64,000 bases of DNA, taken from assembly GCA_965202805.1 (NCBI GenBank), contig OZ241869.1, forward strand, positions 1,312,001 through 1,376,000. The letters are read 5' to 3'. This DNA comes from Longimicrobiales bacterium. GTDB taxonomy: Bacteria; Gemmatimonadota; Gemmatimonadetes; Longimicrobiales; Gaopeijiaceae. The position numbers were made by a program, and so were the translations under genes. This document shows, piece after piece, positions 50,614 through 63,265 of the stretch. The notes under the pieces are model-generated. The model worked only from the letters and a program-made list of their open reading frames with translations. It was not told the DNA's origin and made no database searches. Every line of letters starts with the position of its first letter. Positions within the stretch are counted from its first letter, which is position 1.

Positions 50614-51429
50614 CTACATCCCGCCCGCTTCCAGGAAGCCCGCCACCTCATGCCCGAAGACGCAGAACTCGCCCAGCGTTCCCGAGTCGGGACCGTGCCA
50701 GTCCGAGCCGCCGGTCGCGAGCAGGTTCCATGCCCGCGCGATCCGTTCCAGGGAGAGGATGCGCTCGGGTGAAGTTCGGGGCCGATAGACCTCGATCCCT
50801 CTCAACCCCGCCAGCTTGAGCCCCGGGATGAGCCCTTCCAGCAGCTCGAAAGGGGGATGGGCCCAGACCGGAATCCCGCCGGACTCCAGGATGATCCGGA
50901 TGGCTTCCTCAGCCGAAACGAAGGCGGTGGGGACGTACGCGGGATGCCGGTTGCCGATGAGCCGGTCGAAGGCGTCGGGGACACTGTCCGCATACCCTGC
51001 CCCCATCAGGGCGCGCGCGAGATGGGGCCGGCCCAGGCTGCGGCGCGAGGGCCCGGCGATTTCGACCACCGACTCGTACCGGACGTGAACGCCGCGGGCG
51101 GCCAGGCGCTGGATCATCTCCTGCATGCGGTCTTCGCGCCGGTGGCCCGCCCTACCCTCGTACGCGCGCAGCCGCGGCGCCGAGGGGTCCACGAAGTAGC
51201 CCAGGATGTGCAGCCCCCGGCCCGCGTGGACGGCGCTGATTTCGATGCCCGGAACGATCTCGATGGGGACTCGCGCAGCCGCCCTCCGGGCGTCTTCAAG
51301 ACCCTGGGTGGTGTCGTGATCGGTGAGCGCAATCACATCCAGCCGCCCGGCCGCGGCGGCCTCCACCACGCCCGAAGGAGGCTCGGAGCCGTCCGAGGCC
51401 TGGGAGTGCAGGTGGAGGTCCAGGCGCAC
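50614..51429 (-). CDS. PHP-domain phosphoesterase (TrpH/YciV-like)
   Basis: DLHLHSQASDG, ALTDHDT, GIEIS, HILGY, GRPHLA, AHP, GGSDWHG. Confidence 0.93.
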   Translation of the reverse strand: MRLDLHLHSQASDGSEPPSGVVEAAAAGRLDVIALTDHDTTQGLEDARRAAARVPIEIVPGIEISAVHAGRGLHILGYFVDPSAPRLRAYEGRAGHRREDRMQEMIQRLAARGVHVRYESVVEIAGPSRRSLGRPHLARALMGAGYADSVPDAFDRLIGNRHPAYVPTAFVSAEEAIRIILESGGIPVWAHPPFELLEGLIPGLKLAGLRGIEVYRPRTSPERILSLERIARAWNLLATGGSDWHGPDSGTLGEFCVFGHEVAGFLEAGGM

Positions 51430-51433
51430 GGGG

Positions 51434-51703
51434 TCAGCCGGAAGAGGTGGTGCGCCCCGACTCCGTAAGGACGATCACTTCATCGGCGAGGACCTTGAGC
51501 ACGCCGCCCGAAACCGGATGCCGGGCACTGCCTCCGCCCACGAGGTCCACATCCACCTCTCCCTCTCCGAGCAGGGCCAGGAAGGGGGCGTGGCCGGGAA
51601 GGATGCCCACCTTGCCGTCCCACGCAGGCGCGACCAGCGAAGCGGCCTCGCCCTCGAAGAGGACCCGCTCCGGGTTCACCACCTTGAGGTTGAGGGCACC
51701 CAC
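51434..51703 (-). CDS. atpC: ATP synthase epsilon subunit (short, N-terminal domain only)
   Basis: VVNPE, GKVGILPGHAP, VSGGVL; about 89 aa from GTG 51703. Confidence 0.9.
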   Translation of the reverse strand: MGALNLKVVNPERVLFEGEAASLVAPAWDGKVGILPGHAPFLALLGEGEVDVDLVGGGSARHPVSGGVLKVLADEVIVLTESGRTTSSG

Positions 51704-51704
51704 G

Positions 51705-53216
<1,512 letters not shown>

Positions 53217-54077
53217 TTATCCGACGCCCTCCGCGCCGCCCACGATCTCCGCGATCTCCTGCGTGATCTGCGCCTGGCGGGCCCGGTTGTAGGTGCGGGT
53301 GAGATGTTCGATCATATCTCCCGCGTTGTCGGTCGCGTTCTTCATGGCCGTGCGGCGGGCGCCCTGCTCGGCGGCCGCGTTCTCCACCAGCGACCGGTAG
53401 ACCATGTTGCGCAGATACAGGGGAATGAGTTCGCGCAACACTCCGACCGCGGTGGGCGACAGGATGAACGCCTCGGCCGACAGGGCTCCCTCGGACGGTT
53501 GCAGCGGCAGCAGCCGGCGCGTCCGCGGAGGCGTCGACATGGCGGAGCGGAACTCCGAAGAGATCAGGTACACCGCATCGATTTCACCCGCCTCGAAGGC
53601 TTCGCGCAACGATCCGGTGAGCGACTCGGCATCGGTGACGGTCGGGTCGTCGCTGATATCGGTGCGGCTCGAGGCGATGGGCTCGCCCCGGAACCGGAAG
53701 TAGGCCAGCCCCTTGCGGCCGGCCAGATGCAGATCGACCTCCACCCCGTCGCTCCGCAGCTCTTCGAGCAGTTGACGCCCCTCGCGAATGAGGTTGGCGT
53801 TGAAGGCTCCGGCGAGCCCCCGGTTGGCGGTCATCAGGAGGATGGCGGCGCGACGGACCCGCTCCGGCCTGCGAAGCACCGGCAGGTGCTCGGCGAATTC
53901 CGGGGCATGGAGGCTGGAGACGATGGCGCTCAGAGCCTCGCTGTAGGGCCGCGCCGCGTTTACCCGGTCGGTGGCCCGCTTCAGCTTGGAGGTCGCCACC
54001 AGCTCCATGGTCCGCGTGATCTGGCGCGTATTCTCTACCGAGCGAATGCGGCGCTTGACATCGCGGGCTCCCGGCAT
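53217..54077 (-). CDS. atpG: ATP synthase gamma subunit
   Basis: QITRTMELVA, RGLAGAFN, AMKNATDNA, RQAQITQEIAEIVGG. Start ATG 54077. Confidence 0.97.
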   Translation of the reverse strand: MPGARDVKRRIRSVENTRQITRTMELVATSKLKRATDRVNAARPYSEALSAIVSSLHAPEFAEHLPVLRRPERVRRAAILLMTANRGLAGAFNANLIREGRQLLEELRSDGVEVDLHLAGRKGLAYFRFRGEPIASSRTDISDDPTVTDAESLTGSLREAFEAGEIDAVYLISSEFRSAMSTPPRTRRLLPLQPSEGALSAEAFILSPTAVGVLRELIPLYLRNMVYRSLVENAAAEQGARRTAMKNATDNAGDMIEHLTRTYNRARQAQITQEIAEIVGGAEGVG

Positions 54078-54078
54078 G

Positions 54079-55653
<1,575 letters not shown>

Positions 55654-55680
55654 GCCCAGTCCTCTGGTAACTCGAAGGCG

Positions 55681-56256
55681 TCAGCCTCCGCCGTTGGTTG
55701 TTCCAGTGCCGCCCAGGGATGCCGCCAGCAGCGAGTGGCGCATCCCTTCGAGGCGACGTCTCAGGGAGCCGTCGTATACCTTGTCGCCCGCGCGCACCAC
55801 CACCCCGCCCAGGATTTCCGGGTGGACCCGGAAGTGGGGAATCGCGGTCCGGCCCAGCAGCCGCGAGAGCCGGCCGGCGACGCTTGCCTGCGCCGCGTTG
55901 TCGAGCGGGCGAGCCACCGTGACCTCCACGTGGACCCGCTTGCGGTGTTCGTCCAGAAGCTCGTTGTAGCAGAGCGCGATCTGCTCGAGCAGCGCCTGCC
56001 GGCGCTTGTCGACCGTGACCAGCACGAAGCTGAGAAAGTGTCCCGGGACGCGATCCGCGAGAGCCGTGCGCAGCACCACCTTCTTGTCGGCGGCGGCGAT
56101 GCGCGGCGTGGCCAGGAAGGTGCGCAGCCCCGGGCTGTCGTTGAGGACCGCGACCAGGGCGGCGAGCGCGTCCTGGTAGGCCTCGACACCTTCGTGACGC
56201 TCCGCCAGCGCGAAGAGGGTTTCCGCGTAGTTCCTCGCGACCGTCTCTTCCCTCAC
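55681..56256 (-). CDS. atpH: ATP synthase delta subunit
   Basis: VARNYAETLF, ILGGVVVRAGDKVYDGS; operon position. Confidence 0.95.
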   Translation of the reverse strand: MREETVARNYAETLFALAERHEGVEAYQDALAALVAVLNDSPGLRTFLATPRIAAADKKVVLRTALADRVPGHFLSFVLVTVDKRRQALLEQIALCYNELLDEHRKRVHVEVTVARPLDNAAQASVAGRLSRLLGRTAIPHFRVHPEILGGVVVRAGDKVYDGSLRRRLEGMRHSLLAASLGGTGTTNGGG

Positions 56257-56837
56257 GCGTCGCGCCCCTTCGCCGTGTCGGAGAGCGACGCCAGGTAGTC
56301 GTTCACCAGCGCGCGGTCCTCCGGCGCGTCCAGACGCTGCCGGACCAGCCTGGAGGCGGCCGCGAGGGCAAGGCCCACGGTCTCCTTGCGGATCGCCTCG
56401 AGCACGGCGTCCCGCTCCACCTCGATCTCGCGCCGCGCGCGCTGAACGATGGCGGCGCTCTCTTCCCGCGCCTTCGCCTCCATCTCGCTCCCGAGGCGGG
56501 CCGCAGCCTCCTTGGCTTCGGCGATGATGTGCCGTGCCTCGTGGCGGGCCTCATGCAGCTGCAGCCTGTGCCGGTCGAGCGCGTCGGACGCTTCCCGGCG
56601 CAGCTGCGCAGCATCGTCGATGGAGTTCTGGATGTTCTGCTCGCGGGCCTCGAGCGCCTTCAGGATCGGACCCCAGGCGAACCTCGCGAGCAGCCCGAGA
56701 AGGATCAGAAAGACAATCAGCGCCCACAGGCTCAGGCCGGTGTTGATGTCGAAAAGCCCCGGGCCTTCCTGCGCCACGAGGGATGCCGGAACGGCGTGGA
56801 GTGCTGCCATCGCGGCAGCCACCGGTAAAGCTCTCAT
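56253..56837 (-). CDS. atpF: ATP synthase b subunit
   Basis: FAWGPILKALEARE followed by coiled coil. Start ATG 56837. Confidence 0.93.
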   Translation of the reverse strand: MRALPVAAAMAALHAVPASLVAQEGPGLFDINTGLSLWALIVFLILLGLLARFAWGPILKALEAREQNIQNSIDDAAQLRREASDALDRHRLQLHEARHEARHIIAEAKEAAARLGSEMEAKAREESAAIVQRARREIEVERDAVLEAIRKETVGLALAAASRLVRQRLDAPEDRALVNDYLASLSDTAKGRDA

Positions 56838-56931
56838 AATCGCGCCACCAAGGGTTCCCCGACGGGCACCCGGGCCCGGCCGGACGCGGGTCCGGCGCAG
56901 GTGACGGGCGTCCGTCACCGGGGAAACCGGC

Positions 56932-57273
<342 letters not shown>

Positions 57274-58179
57274 TCAGTGGGCGTGGCGGATCAGGCCGAT
57301 GAAGACGGCCGTGAGCATGGCGAAGATGTAGGCCTGGAGGAAGGCCACGAACAACTCGAGGACCATCATCAGCGTGGTGGCCGTGACCGAGGCCCCGGCG
57401 ACCACCCACCTTCCGAAGGTGAGCTCTGCGAAGATGAAGATCAGGCCCAGGAGAGAGAAAATGAGCGTGTGTCCCGCCGTCATGTTGGCGAAGAGCCGGA
57501 CCGCCAGGGCGAAGGGCTTGGTCAGCTTGCTGACCAGCTCGACGGGGATCATGACCAGCAGCATGATCGGCTTCATCCAGCCGGGGATCCCCTTCGGCAC
57601 GAAGAAGATGGTGCGCGCGTAGCCGGCGGGGCCGAGCGCGCGGAACCCCGATACCTCGACGACCAGGAAGGTGAGGATCGCCAGGACGGCGGTGACGGAG
57701 ATGTTTCCGGTTGCCGACGCCCCCCAGGGCACCAGCCCCAGAAGGTTCATGGTGAGGATGAAGAAGAACAGCGTCAGGATGTAGGACGTGTACCTGTCGG
57801 CCCCCTTGCCGATGTTCTTGCGCACCACTTCGTCGCGGAAGTAGAGCACCAGCGCCTCGATCGCGTTGGCGAACCCCGAGGGCGCCTCGTGCAGGCCGCG
57901 CCGCCTCGCCGTGCGCCCGACCATCGTGAACACCAGCGCGCAGATGACCGCGGCCAGCAGAAGGAACACGACGTGCTTGGTGGGCGACAGATTGACCGCG
58001 AGGGGCCCCAGGTGGAGGGGCTCCCACTCGGGCAGATGCAGGGGCGCACCGAACGGATGCTCGATTTCCGGGGCGTCCACGATGTGGTGCATGAGGGTGC
58101 TGCCGAGATCCGACCCTCCGCCCTCGGCCCCGTGGGCGGGCGCACCGTGCCCTTCCTGCGGCAGTGCGGTCGGGATCAT
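57274..58179 (-). CDS. atpB: ATP synthase a subunit
   Basis: NLLGLVP, TGNISVT, ALAVRLFANMTAGH, LQAYIFAML. Confidence 0.96.
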   Translation of the reverse strand: MIPTALPQEGHGAPAHGAEGGGSDLGSTLMHHIVDAPEIEHPFGAPLHLPEWEPLHLGPLAVNLSPTKHVVFLLLAAVICALVFTMVGRTARRRGLHEAPSGFANAIEALVLYFRDEVVRKNIGKGADRYTSYILTLFFFILTMNLLGLVPWGASATGNISVTAVLAILTFLVVEVSGFRALGPAGYARTIFFVPKGIPGWMKPIMLLVMIPVELVSKLTKPFALAVRLFANMTAGHTLIFSLLGLIFIFAELTFGRWVVAGASVTATTLMMVLELFVAFLQAYIFAMLTAVFIGLIRHAH

Positions 58180-58192
58180 GGAGTCCTCCCCA

Positions 58193-58564
58193 TCAGGCAG
58201 CTTCCGCCGCGGACCGCATGCGGGCGGCGAGAAAGACCGGCTCGAGCATCAGGAGCACGAAGAAGAACCCCGCGCAGCCCAGCAGGGTGGTGGCGGGGGA
58301 AAGAGCGGGAAGCAGCGTCACCGCCAGCCCCAGGGCGATCACGATGGCCATGCGAACGACCGCGGCCCCGATCCACACCACCAGGCCCTCGGCGGGCCGC
58401 ACGGCGTGCCTGCAGAGCAGGGCGAAGGCAGCGACCTGAACCGGAAACGTGATGGCGGCCGCGACCAGAAGACCGGCCCTGCCGGGGCCGTCGAGCCAGG
58501 GGAACATCACGCCGTTTGCCGCGGCCAGGATGGCGAGGGCCGCCCCCGCGTACTTGAGCGTCAT
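58193..58564 (-). CDS. atpI: AtpI-like four-TM membrane protein
   Basis: Four hydrophobic helices, located between the atpZ-like gene and atpB; ATGA overlap. Confidence 0.7.
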   Translation of the reverse strand: MTLKYAGAALAILAAANGVMFPWLDGPGRAGLLVAAAITFPVQVAAFALLCRHAVRPAEGLVVWIGAAVVRMAIVIALGLAVTLLPALSPATTLLGCAGFFFVLLMLEPVFLAARMRSAAEAA

Positions 58565-58848
58565 CGCTCGTGTTCTTCCCGTTCTCTCTGCCGGCGTGGT
58601 TCCAGGACGACGTGGTAGTAGAGGCTGTACAAGCCCGCGGCCGCTCCGACGAAGGCGCCCAGGACGGTGAACACCGGGACCGTCCCCAGCCGGTTGTCCA
58701 ACAACCAGCCCACCCACAGGAAGAGCCCGGTGGCGAGCGCCAGGGTGAGTCCCTGCCCCGCAACGCGGGCTGCATCTGCCCGAGGATTCCACGGATCTCC
58801 TGCCGGAGCTCGCGGGGGCTTGTCGTCGCCCACCTGGTCAACCTCCAC
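58561..58848 (-). CDS. atpZ: AtpZ/AtpI-family (ATPase gene 1) protein
   Basis: GWLLDNRLGTVPVFTVLGAFVG motif; first gene of the atp operon. Confidence 0.85.
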   Translation of the reverse strand: MEVDQVGDDKPPRAPAGDPWNPRADAARVAGQGLTLALATGLFLWVGWLLDNRLGTVPVFTVLGAFVGAAAGLYSLYYHVVLEPRRQREREEHER

Positions 58849-59135
58849 GGGTGCGATCCCACCCCGGAAAACAGCCGACAGAAGCTAGAAGGTTGGCGCA
58901 CCCGACGCAACCTCCGAAGGAGCCTTCTCCGGTGTCCCCGCGAAATGGCCTGCGCGAAGGCACTTGCGCCGCGCGCGGCTGGCGTGGCGGGGGCCCGTTC
59001 CCCTACCTTCGGCACGCCCGGATCCTGTACCGGAAATCGGTTTATTCCCGCTAGGTTTGCCGAATCTGCGATCGCGCGGATGCGACGGTCATCCGCAGCC
59101 CATCCCTCGATTCGACCCCGGAGCTGCAACCCGAC

Positions 59136-60152
59136 ATGAGAGCGCTCGAGAACACGATGGTGGACGACCGGGATCTGCTGCTGCTCGATCGGGTCGGCAC
59201 GGTCACGCAGGCGCTGCGCAACGAAGTCGCGAAGCGGATCGTGGGTCAGGAAGCGATCGTTGGCGGACTTCTCACGGCTCTGCTTGCGAACGGCCACGTT
59301 CTCCTGGTGGGCGTGCCGGGACTCGCGAAGACACTGCTGGTCTCGACACTCGCCGACGCCCTCGATCTGGAGTTCGGCCGCGTACAGTTCACGCCCGATC
59401 TGATGCCCACGGACATCACCGGGACCGAGGTGATCGAGGAGGACCGGACTTCCGGGCGGCGGGTGTTCCGCTTCGTGCGCGGACCCATCTTCGCCAACGT
59501 GGTGCTCGCGGACGAGATCAACCGGGCGCCGCCCAAGACCCAGGCCGCGCTCCTTCAGGCGATGCAGGAACGTGCAGTCACGGCGTCGGGCGAAACCATG
59601 CCCCTTGCTCCTCCGTTCTTCGTGCTGGCGACCCAGAATCCCATCGAGCAGGAGGGCACCTATCCTCTTCCGGAGGCGCAGTTGGACCGCTTCATGCTCG
59701 AACTGCGCATCGGCTATCCCGATCAGCGGGAGGAGGAGGAGATCGCCATGAGAACCACCGGCGCGGACGACGGCCTCGTCTCGCCTGTCGTCGCCGCGGG
59801 AGAGCTGATCGAGCTGCAGAACCTGGTGCGGCGGGTGCCGGCGTCGCCGGCGCTGATCTCCTTCGCTGTCCGCCTGGCGCGCGCGACACGCCCTTCCCCC
59901 GACGCGCCCATGGTCACGAGAAAGTACGTGAGCTGGGGAGCGGGGCCGCGCGCCTCCCAGTTCCTCGTGCTGGGCGCCAAGGCGCGCGCAGCGATGAACG
60001 GGGAAGCCATGCCCTCGATCGACGACGTGAGCGCAGTGGCGGACGACGTCCTGGCGCATCGCCTGGTGCTGAACTTCGAGGCGGAGGCCGACAGGCGGGG
60101 CACCCACGACATCATTCGCGAGCTGCTTGAGGAGAGCCGCCAGTGGAGGTAG
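59136..60152 (+). CDS. MoxR-family AAA+ ATPase
   Basis: IVGQ, GVPGLAKT, RVQFTPDLMPTDITG, DEINRAPPKTQAALL, ATQNPIEQEGTYPLPEAQLDRF. Confidence 0.95.
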   Translation: MRALENTMVDDRDLLLLDRVGTVTQALRNEVAKRIVGQEAIVGGLLTALLANGHVLLVGVPGLAKTLLVSTLADALDLEFGRVQFTPDLMPTDITGTEVIEEDRTSGRRVFRFVRGPIFANVVLADEINRAPPKTQAALLQAMQERAVTASGETMPLAPPFFVLATQNPIEQEGTYPLPEAQLDRFMLELRIGYPDQREEEEIAMRTTGADDGLVSPVVAAGELIELQNLVRRVPASPALISFAVRLARATRPSPDAPMVTRKYVSWGAGPRASQFLVLGAKARAAMNGEAMPSIDDVSAVADDVLAHRLVLNFEAEADRRGTHDIIRELLEESRQWR

Positions 60153-60256
60153 ATCCCAGCAGTACCAGCGCTTCCGAGCCTCCGTCACGCCGGCGGAGCC
60201 GACCCGCGGAGGTCGGATCGGCGTCGGGCCTCCCGCGGACGGGAGCCCTCAATTGA
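60143..60256 (+). CDS. Putative 37-aa bridging ORF (MEVDPSST...)
   Basis: GAGGAG 8 nt before GTG 60143; overlaps the MoxR stop; its TGA overlaps the TTG start of the next gene. Confidence 0.3.
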   Translation: MEVDPSSTSASEPPSRRRSRPAEVGSASGLPRTGALN

Positions 60257-61503
60257 CCACAATCCTGCTGGGCCTCGGGCTTCTGCTGCTCGTCGGGTCG
60301 GCGCTGTTGACCGCGGCCCATACCGCGTGCGTCACGGTGGGCGATTCGCGCATCCGCACCCTCGTGGACGAAGGCTTCCAGGAGGCCGACAAGCTGTCGC
60401 GCCTGCGGGAGGAGCCCGATAGGTTCCTCGACTCCTACGTGCTCTTCGACACGGTGTTCAACGCGGGCGCCGCCGGGCTGTGGGTCGGGGCGTCGGCGAG
60501 TGGCGGGACGGGCTCCGTGGTTGTCGCCGCGGTCGTGGCCATCGGGACGGTTCTGGTCGCCGGCGAGCTGGTGCCACGGGCAGTGGCCCAGGCCAGGCCG
60601 GTTCGGCTGGCGCTGGTCAGCGCGCCCGTTCTGCTGCTGCTCGAGCGGCTCTCGCGTCCGCTCCTGTACCCGGTACGGCGATTCGCGCGCTACTGGACCC
60701 ACCGGCCGGGCGATGAGGGCCGCTCGGTCGAGGAGCGGGAGGTCAGCGAACTGGCCGAGCTGGGTCAGGAGGAAGGCGTCGTGCTGCCGGAGGAGCACGA
60801 GCTGGCGGAACGGGCCTTTCGCCTGGACGAGACCACCGCCTGGGACGTCATGACGCCGCGCGTGTCCATCTTCGCCTGGAGCGACTCGCTGAGGCTCGAC
60901 GACATCATCGAACAGTTGCCCGAGGTGCCGTATTCGCGGGTGCCGGTGTTCGGCGAATCCATCGACGATGTCACCGGCATCCTCTATGTGCGCGAAGCCT
61001 ATGCGGCCCACTCCGGCGGGCAGGCGAAGGCGCGGCTGTCGGAGCTCGCGCGGGAGCCCTTCTTCGTCCCCGGTTCCCTGCCGCTCACGCGCCTGCTGCG
61101 TGATTTCCAGGGCCGGCGCATTCACATGGGCATCGTGGCCGACGAATTCGGGGGCACCGACGGTCTCGTCACGCTGGAGGACATCCTGGAGGAGCTGGTC
61201 GGCGAGATCGTGGACGAAACCGATCCGGCCTCCGAGCCCATCGTGCGCGTATCCCGCACGGAAGCGATCGTCGAGGGCTCAACGGAACTTCGGGAGATCA
61301 ACTACGCGATGAACGTCTCCCTGCCCTATCTCGAGCACCGCTCGCTGAACGGATTCCTGGTGGAAAAGCTGGGCCAGGTGCCCGCTCCGGGGGAGGAGGT
61401 GAAGGTGTCGGGTGTCGAGATCGAGATCATGGAGGCCTCCGAGACCCAGATCCTGCAGGTCAGGCTGCGGAGGATGCCGGCTGCCGGGGGCGAGGGCGAG
61501 TAG
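60253..61503 (+). CDS. Hemolysin/CNNM-family protein (DUF21-CBS-CBS-CorC)
   Basis: GELVPR, VMTPR, YSRVPV, DEFGGTDGLVTLEDILEELVGEI. TTG 60253. Confidence 0.92.
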   Translation: MTTILLGLGLLLLVGSALLTAAHTACVTVGDSRIRTLVDEGFQEADKLSRLREEPDRFLDSYVLFDTVFNAGAAGLWVGASASGGTGSVVVAAVVAIGTVLVAGELVPRAVAQARPVRLALVSAPVLLLLERLSRPLLYPVRRFARYWTHRPGDEGRSVEEREVSELAELGQEEGVVLPEEHELAERAFRLDETTAWDVMTPRVSIFAWSDSLRLDDIIEQLPEVPYSRVPVFGESIDDVTGILYVREAYAAHSGGQAKARLSELAREPFFVPGSLPLTRLLRDFQGRRIHMGIVADEFGGTDGLVTLEDILEELVGEIVDETDPASEPIVRVSRTEAIVEGSTELREINYAMNVSLPYLEHRSLNGFLVEKLGQVPAPGEEVKVSGVEIEIMEASETQILQVRLRRMPAAGGEGE

Positions 61504-61507
61504 GAGA

Positions 61508-62092
61508 ATGGCGTTGATCCTGCCCTTCAACGGGCACACTCCCAGGGTAGCCGAGAGCGCCTTCCTGGCTCCCACGGCGGTCCTCATCGGCGACGTGACG
61601 GTGGGAGAGCAGGCCAGCGTCTGGTTCGGGGCGGTCCTGCGGGGGGACAACCCGGAGCACGGAGTCGTGATCGGCGCGCGCAGCAACGTCCAGGAGAACT
61701 GCGTGGTGCATGTGGGCCACTGGGGGCCGACGGTGGTCGGAGAGGACGTGACCGTCGGGCACGGGGCCAAGTTCGAGAGCTGCGCGATCGGGGACAACAC
61801 GGTCGTCGGGATGAACGCCGTCATCCTGCAGGGCGCGCGGGTGGGCCCCGGCTGCGTGCTGGCGGCGGGCACGGTGGTGCTCGAGGGCGCCGACATCCCG
61901 GCGAACAGCCTGGTCGCGGGCGTACCCGGGCGGGTCAGGAAGACCCTGGAGGGGGCGTCGGCGCGCTGGGTGGAGGGAGGCGGGAGCCACTACGTGCGGC
62001 TGTCGCGGCGGTACATGGAGGAGCTGGGCCTCAAGGCAGCCCGGACAGCCGCAGATACCAGTCGAGCAGGCCCTCCCCCCACCAGTGAGTGA
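61508..62092 (+). CDS. Gamma-carbonic anhydrase family protein
   Basis: IGDV, VWFGAVLRGD, SNVQENCVVH, TVGHGA, hexapeptide repeats; GGAG RBS. Confidence 0.92.
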   Translation: MALILPFNGHTPRVAESAFLAPTAVLIGDVTVGEQASVWFGAVLRGDNPEHGVVIGARSNVQENCVVHVGHWGPTVVGEDVTVGHGAKFESCAIGDNTVVGMNAVILQGARVGPGCVLAAGTVVLEGADIPANSLVAGVPGRVRKTLEGASARWVEGGGSHYVRLSRRYMEELGLKAARTAADTSRAGPPPTSE

Positions 62093-63146
62093 CGGCGGCG
62101 CCGACCGCCAGGAACACGCCGAGGGGCACCAACTGCCGGGTTCCGAGCAGGAGGCGGAGCTTGAGGTAGGCCAGGAGGCCGGCGAAGGCCCCCAGGAATA
62201 CCGTCAGGACCACACCCCAGGGACCGGTGAACGCACCCACCAGCGCCATCATCTTGACATCTCCTCCTCCCAGGACGGCCTCCGGAGCCACGGGCGCGGA
62301 GGCCGATTCATGCGCGCGGGCCGATTCATGCGCGCGGGCCGGCACTGCGGGGAGCGCTTGTGGTCCAGCGTCCGCTTCCACCCCCAGCCCCTCCACCCAG
62401 GCGACCAGGACGGCCAGCCCGGCCGCGCCGGCCGCCACCGCCGCGGCCGCGCCGACCGCCCCGAACCACCACCCCGCCAGCACCATCACCGGAAGGGCCG
62501 GCAGCAGCGCCGCCAGTTGGCCGCGCGGCCGCGCCAGGACGCGCACCGCCCGTGCGTTCCGAGTCCGCCGGCGGCCCTGGTCGTGTTCCCGGGCGGCCGC
62601 CTCCAGCCGGCCCGGACGCACGCGCGCGAGCACACAGGTTCCCGCCGTCCCCACCAGCCACATCCCCCCGAACCCCGCCGCCGCCCCCGCGGCCGCGCTC
62701 CCCGGCGTGATTCCCCCGGGCGCGAGCGACAGAGCCAGTCCGGCCGCCGCCCCGCCGAGCGAGAACTGGTCGGGGATCAGGTAGAGGCGGGCGTCGGTAA
62801 GGGCGATACCCAGCAGGACGAGCAGGAAGAAACCGGCGGTGGCCGCCTCGAGGCTCAGGCCGCGGGTCAGGACCGCGAGCACACAGATCGCGCCGCCGGC
62901 CCCCTCCACCAGCGGGTAGGAGAGGGAAATGCGCGCATCGCACCCCCGGCAGCGGCCGCGCAGCAGGAGCCAGCTCAGCACCGGGATCTGGTCGTGCCAG
63001 CGAATGGGCGCCGAGCACGTCGGGCACGCCGAGCGCGGCCGCACCACCGACGCCCCGCGCGGCCAGCGCGCCACGCACACGTTGAGGAACGACCCGAGCG
63101 CCAGGCCGGCCAGCGCGGCGAGGAAGAGCGCCACGGGATCGGTCAT
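62031..63146 (-). CDS. pilD: Prepilin peptidase (A24) with internal insertion
   Basis: GSFLNV, RSACPTC, IPVLSWLLLRGRCRGC, TDARLYLIPD, GGGDVKM, VPLGVFL. Confidence 0.9.
   Translation of the reverse strand: MTDPVALFLAALAGLALGSFLNVCVARWPRGASVVRPRSACPTCSAPIRWHDQIPVLSWLLLRGRCRGCDARISLSYPLVEGAGGAICVLAVLTRGLSLEAATAGFFLLVLLGIALTDARLYLIPDQFSLGGAAAGLALSLAPGGITPGSAAAGAAAGFGGMWLVGTAGTCVLARVRPGRLEAAAREHDQGRRRTRNARAVRVLARPRGQLAALLPALPVMVLAGWWFGAVGAAAAVAAGAAGLAVLVAWVEGLGVEADAGPQALPAVPARAHESARAHESASAPVAPEAVLGGGDVKMMALVGAFTGPWGVVLTVFLGAFAGLLAYLKLRLLLGTRQLVPLGVFLAVGAAVTHWWGEGLLDWYLRLSGLP
62301..62340. repeat. 18-bp tandem duplication within pilD (ARAHES x2)
   Basis: ggccgattcatgcgcgcg at 62301-18 and 62319-36. 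Confidence 0.9.
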
Positions 63147-63265
63147 GCGCGCGTGACCGCGAAAGGCCCACCCCGCCGCCGTCTCCGGGAACGGCGGAGC
63201 GCGCGCCGGGGCCGCGGGAGGTAGCCCGCGACCGCTGCCGTCGCGACCGCTGCCGTGTCGATCAC
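63143..63265 (-). CDS. Putative 40-aa Arg-rich bridging ORF
   Basis: GTGA overlap with the TrmH stop and ATGA overlap with the pilD start; contains a 15-bp tandem duplication at 63227-63256. Confidence 0.35.
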   Translation of the reverse strand: MIDTAAVATAAVAGYLPRPRRALRRSRRRRRGGPFAVTRA

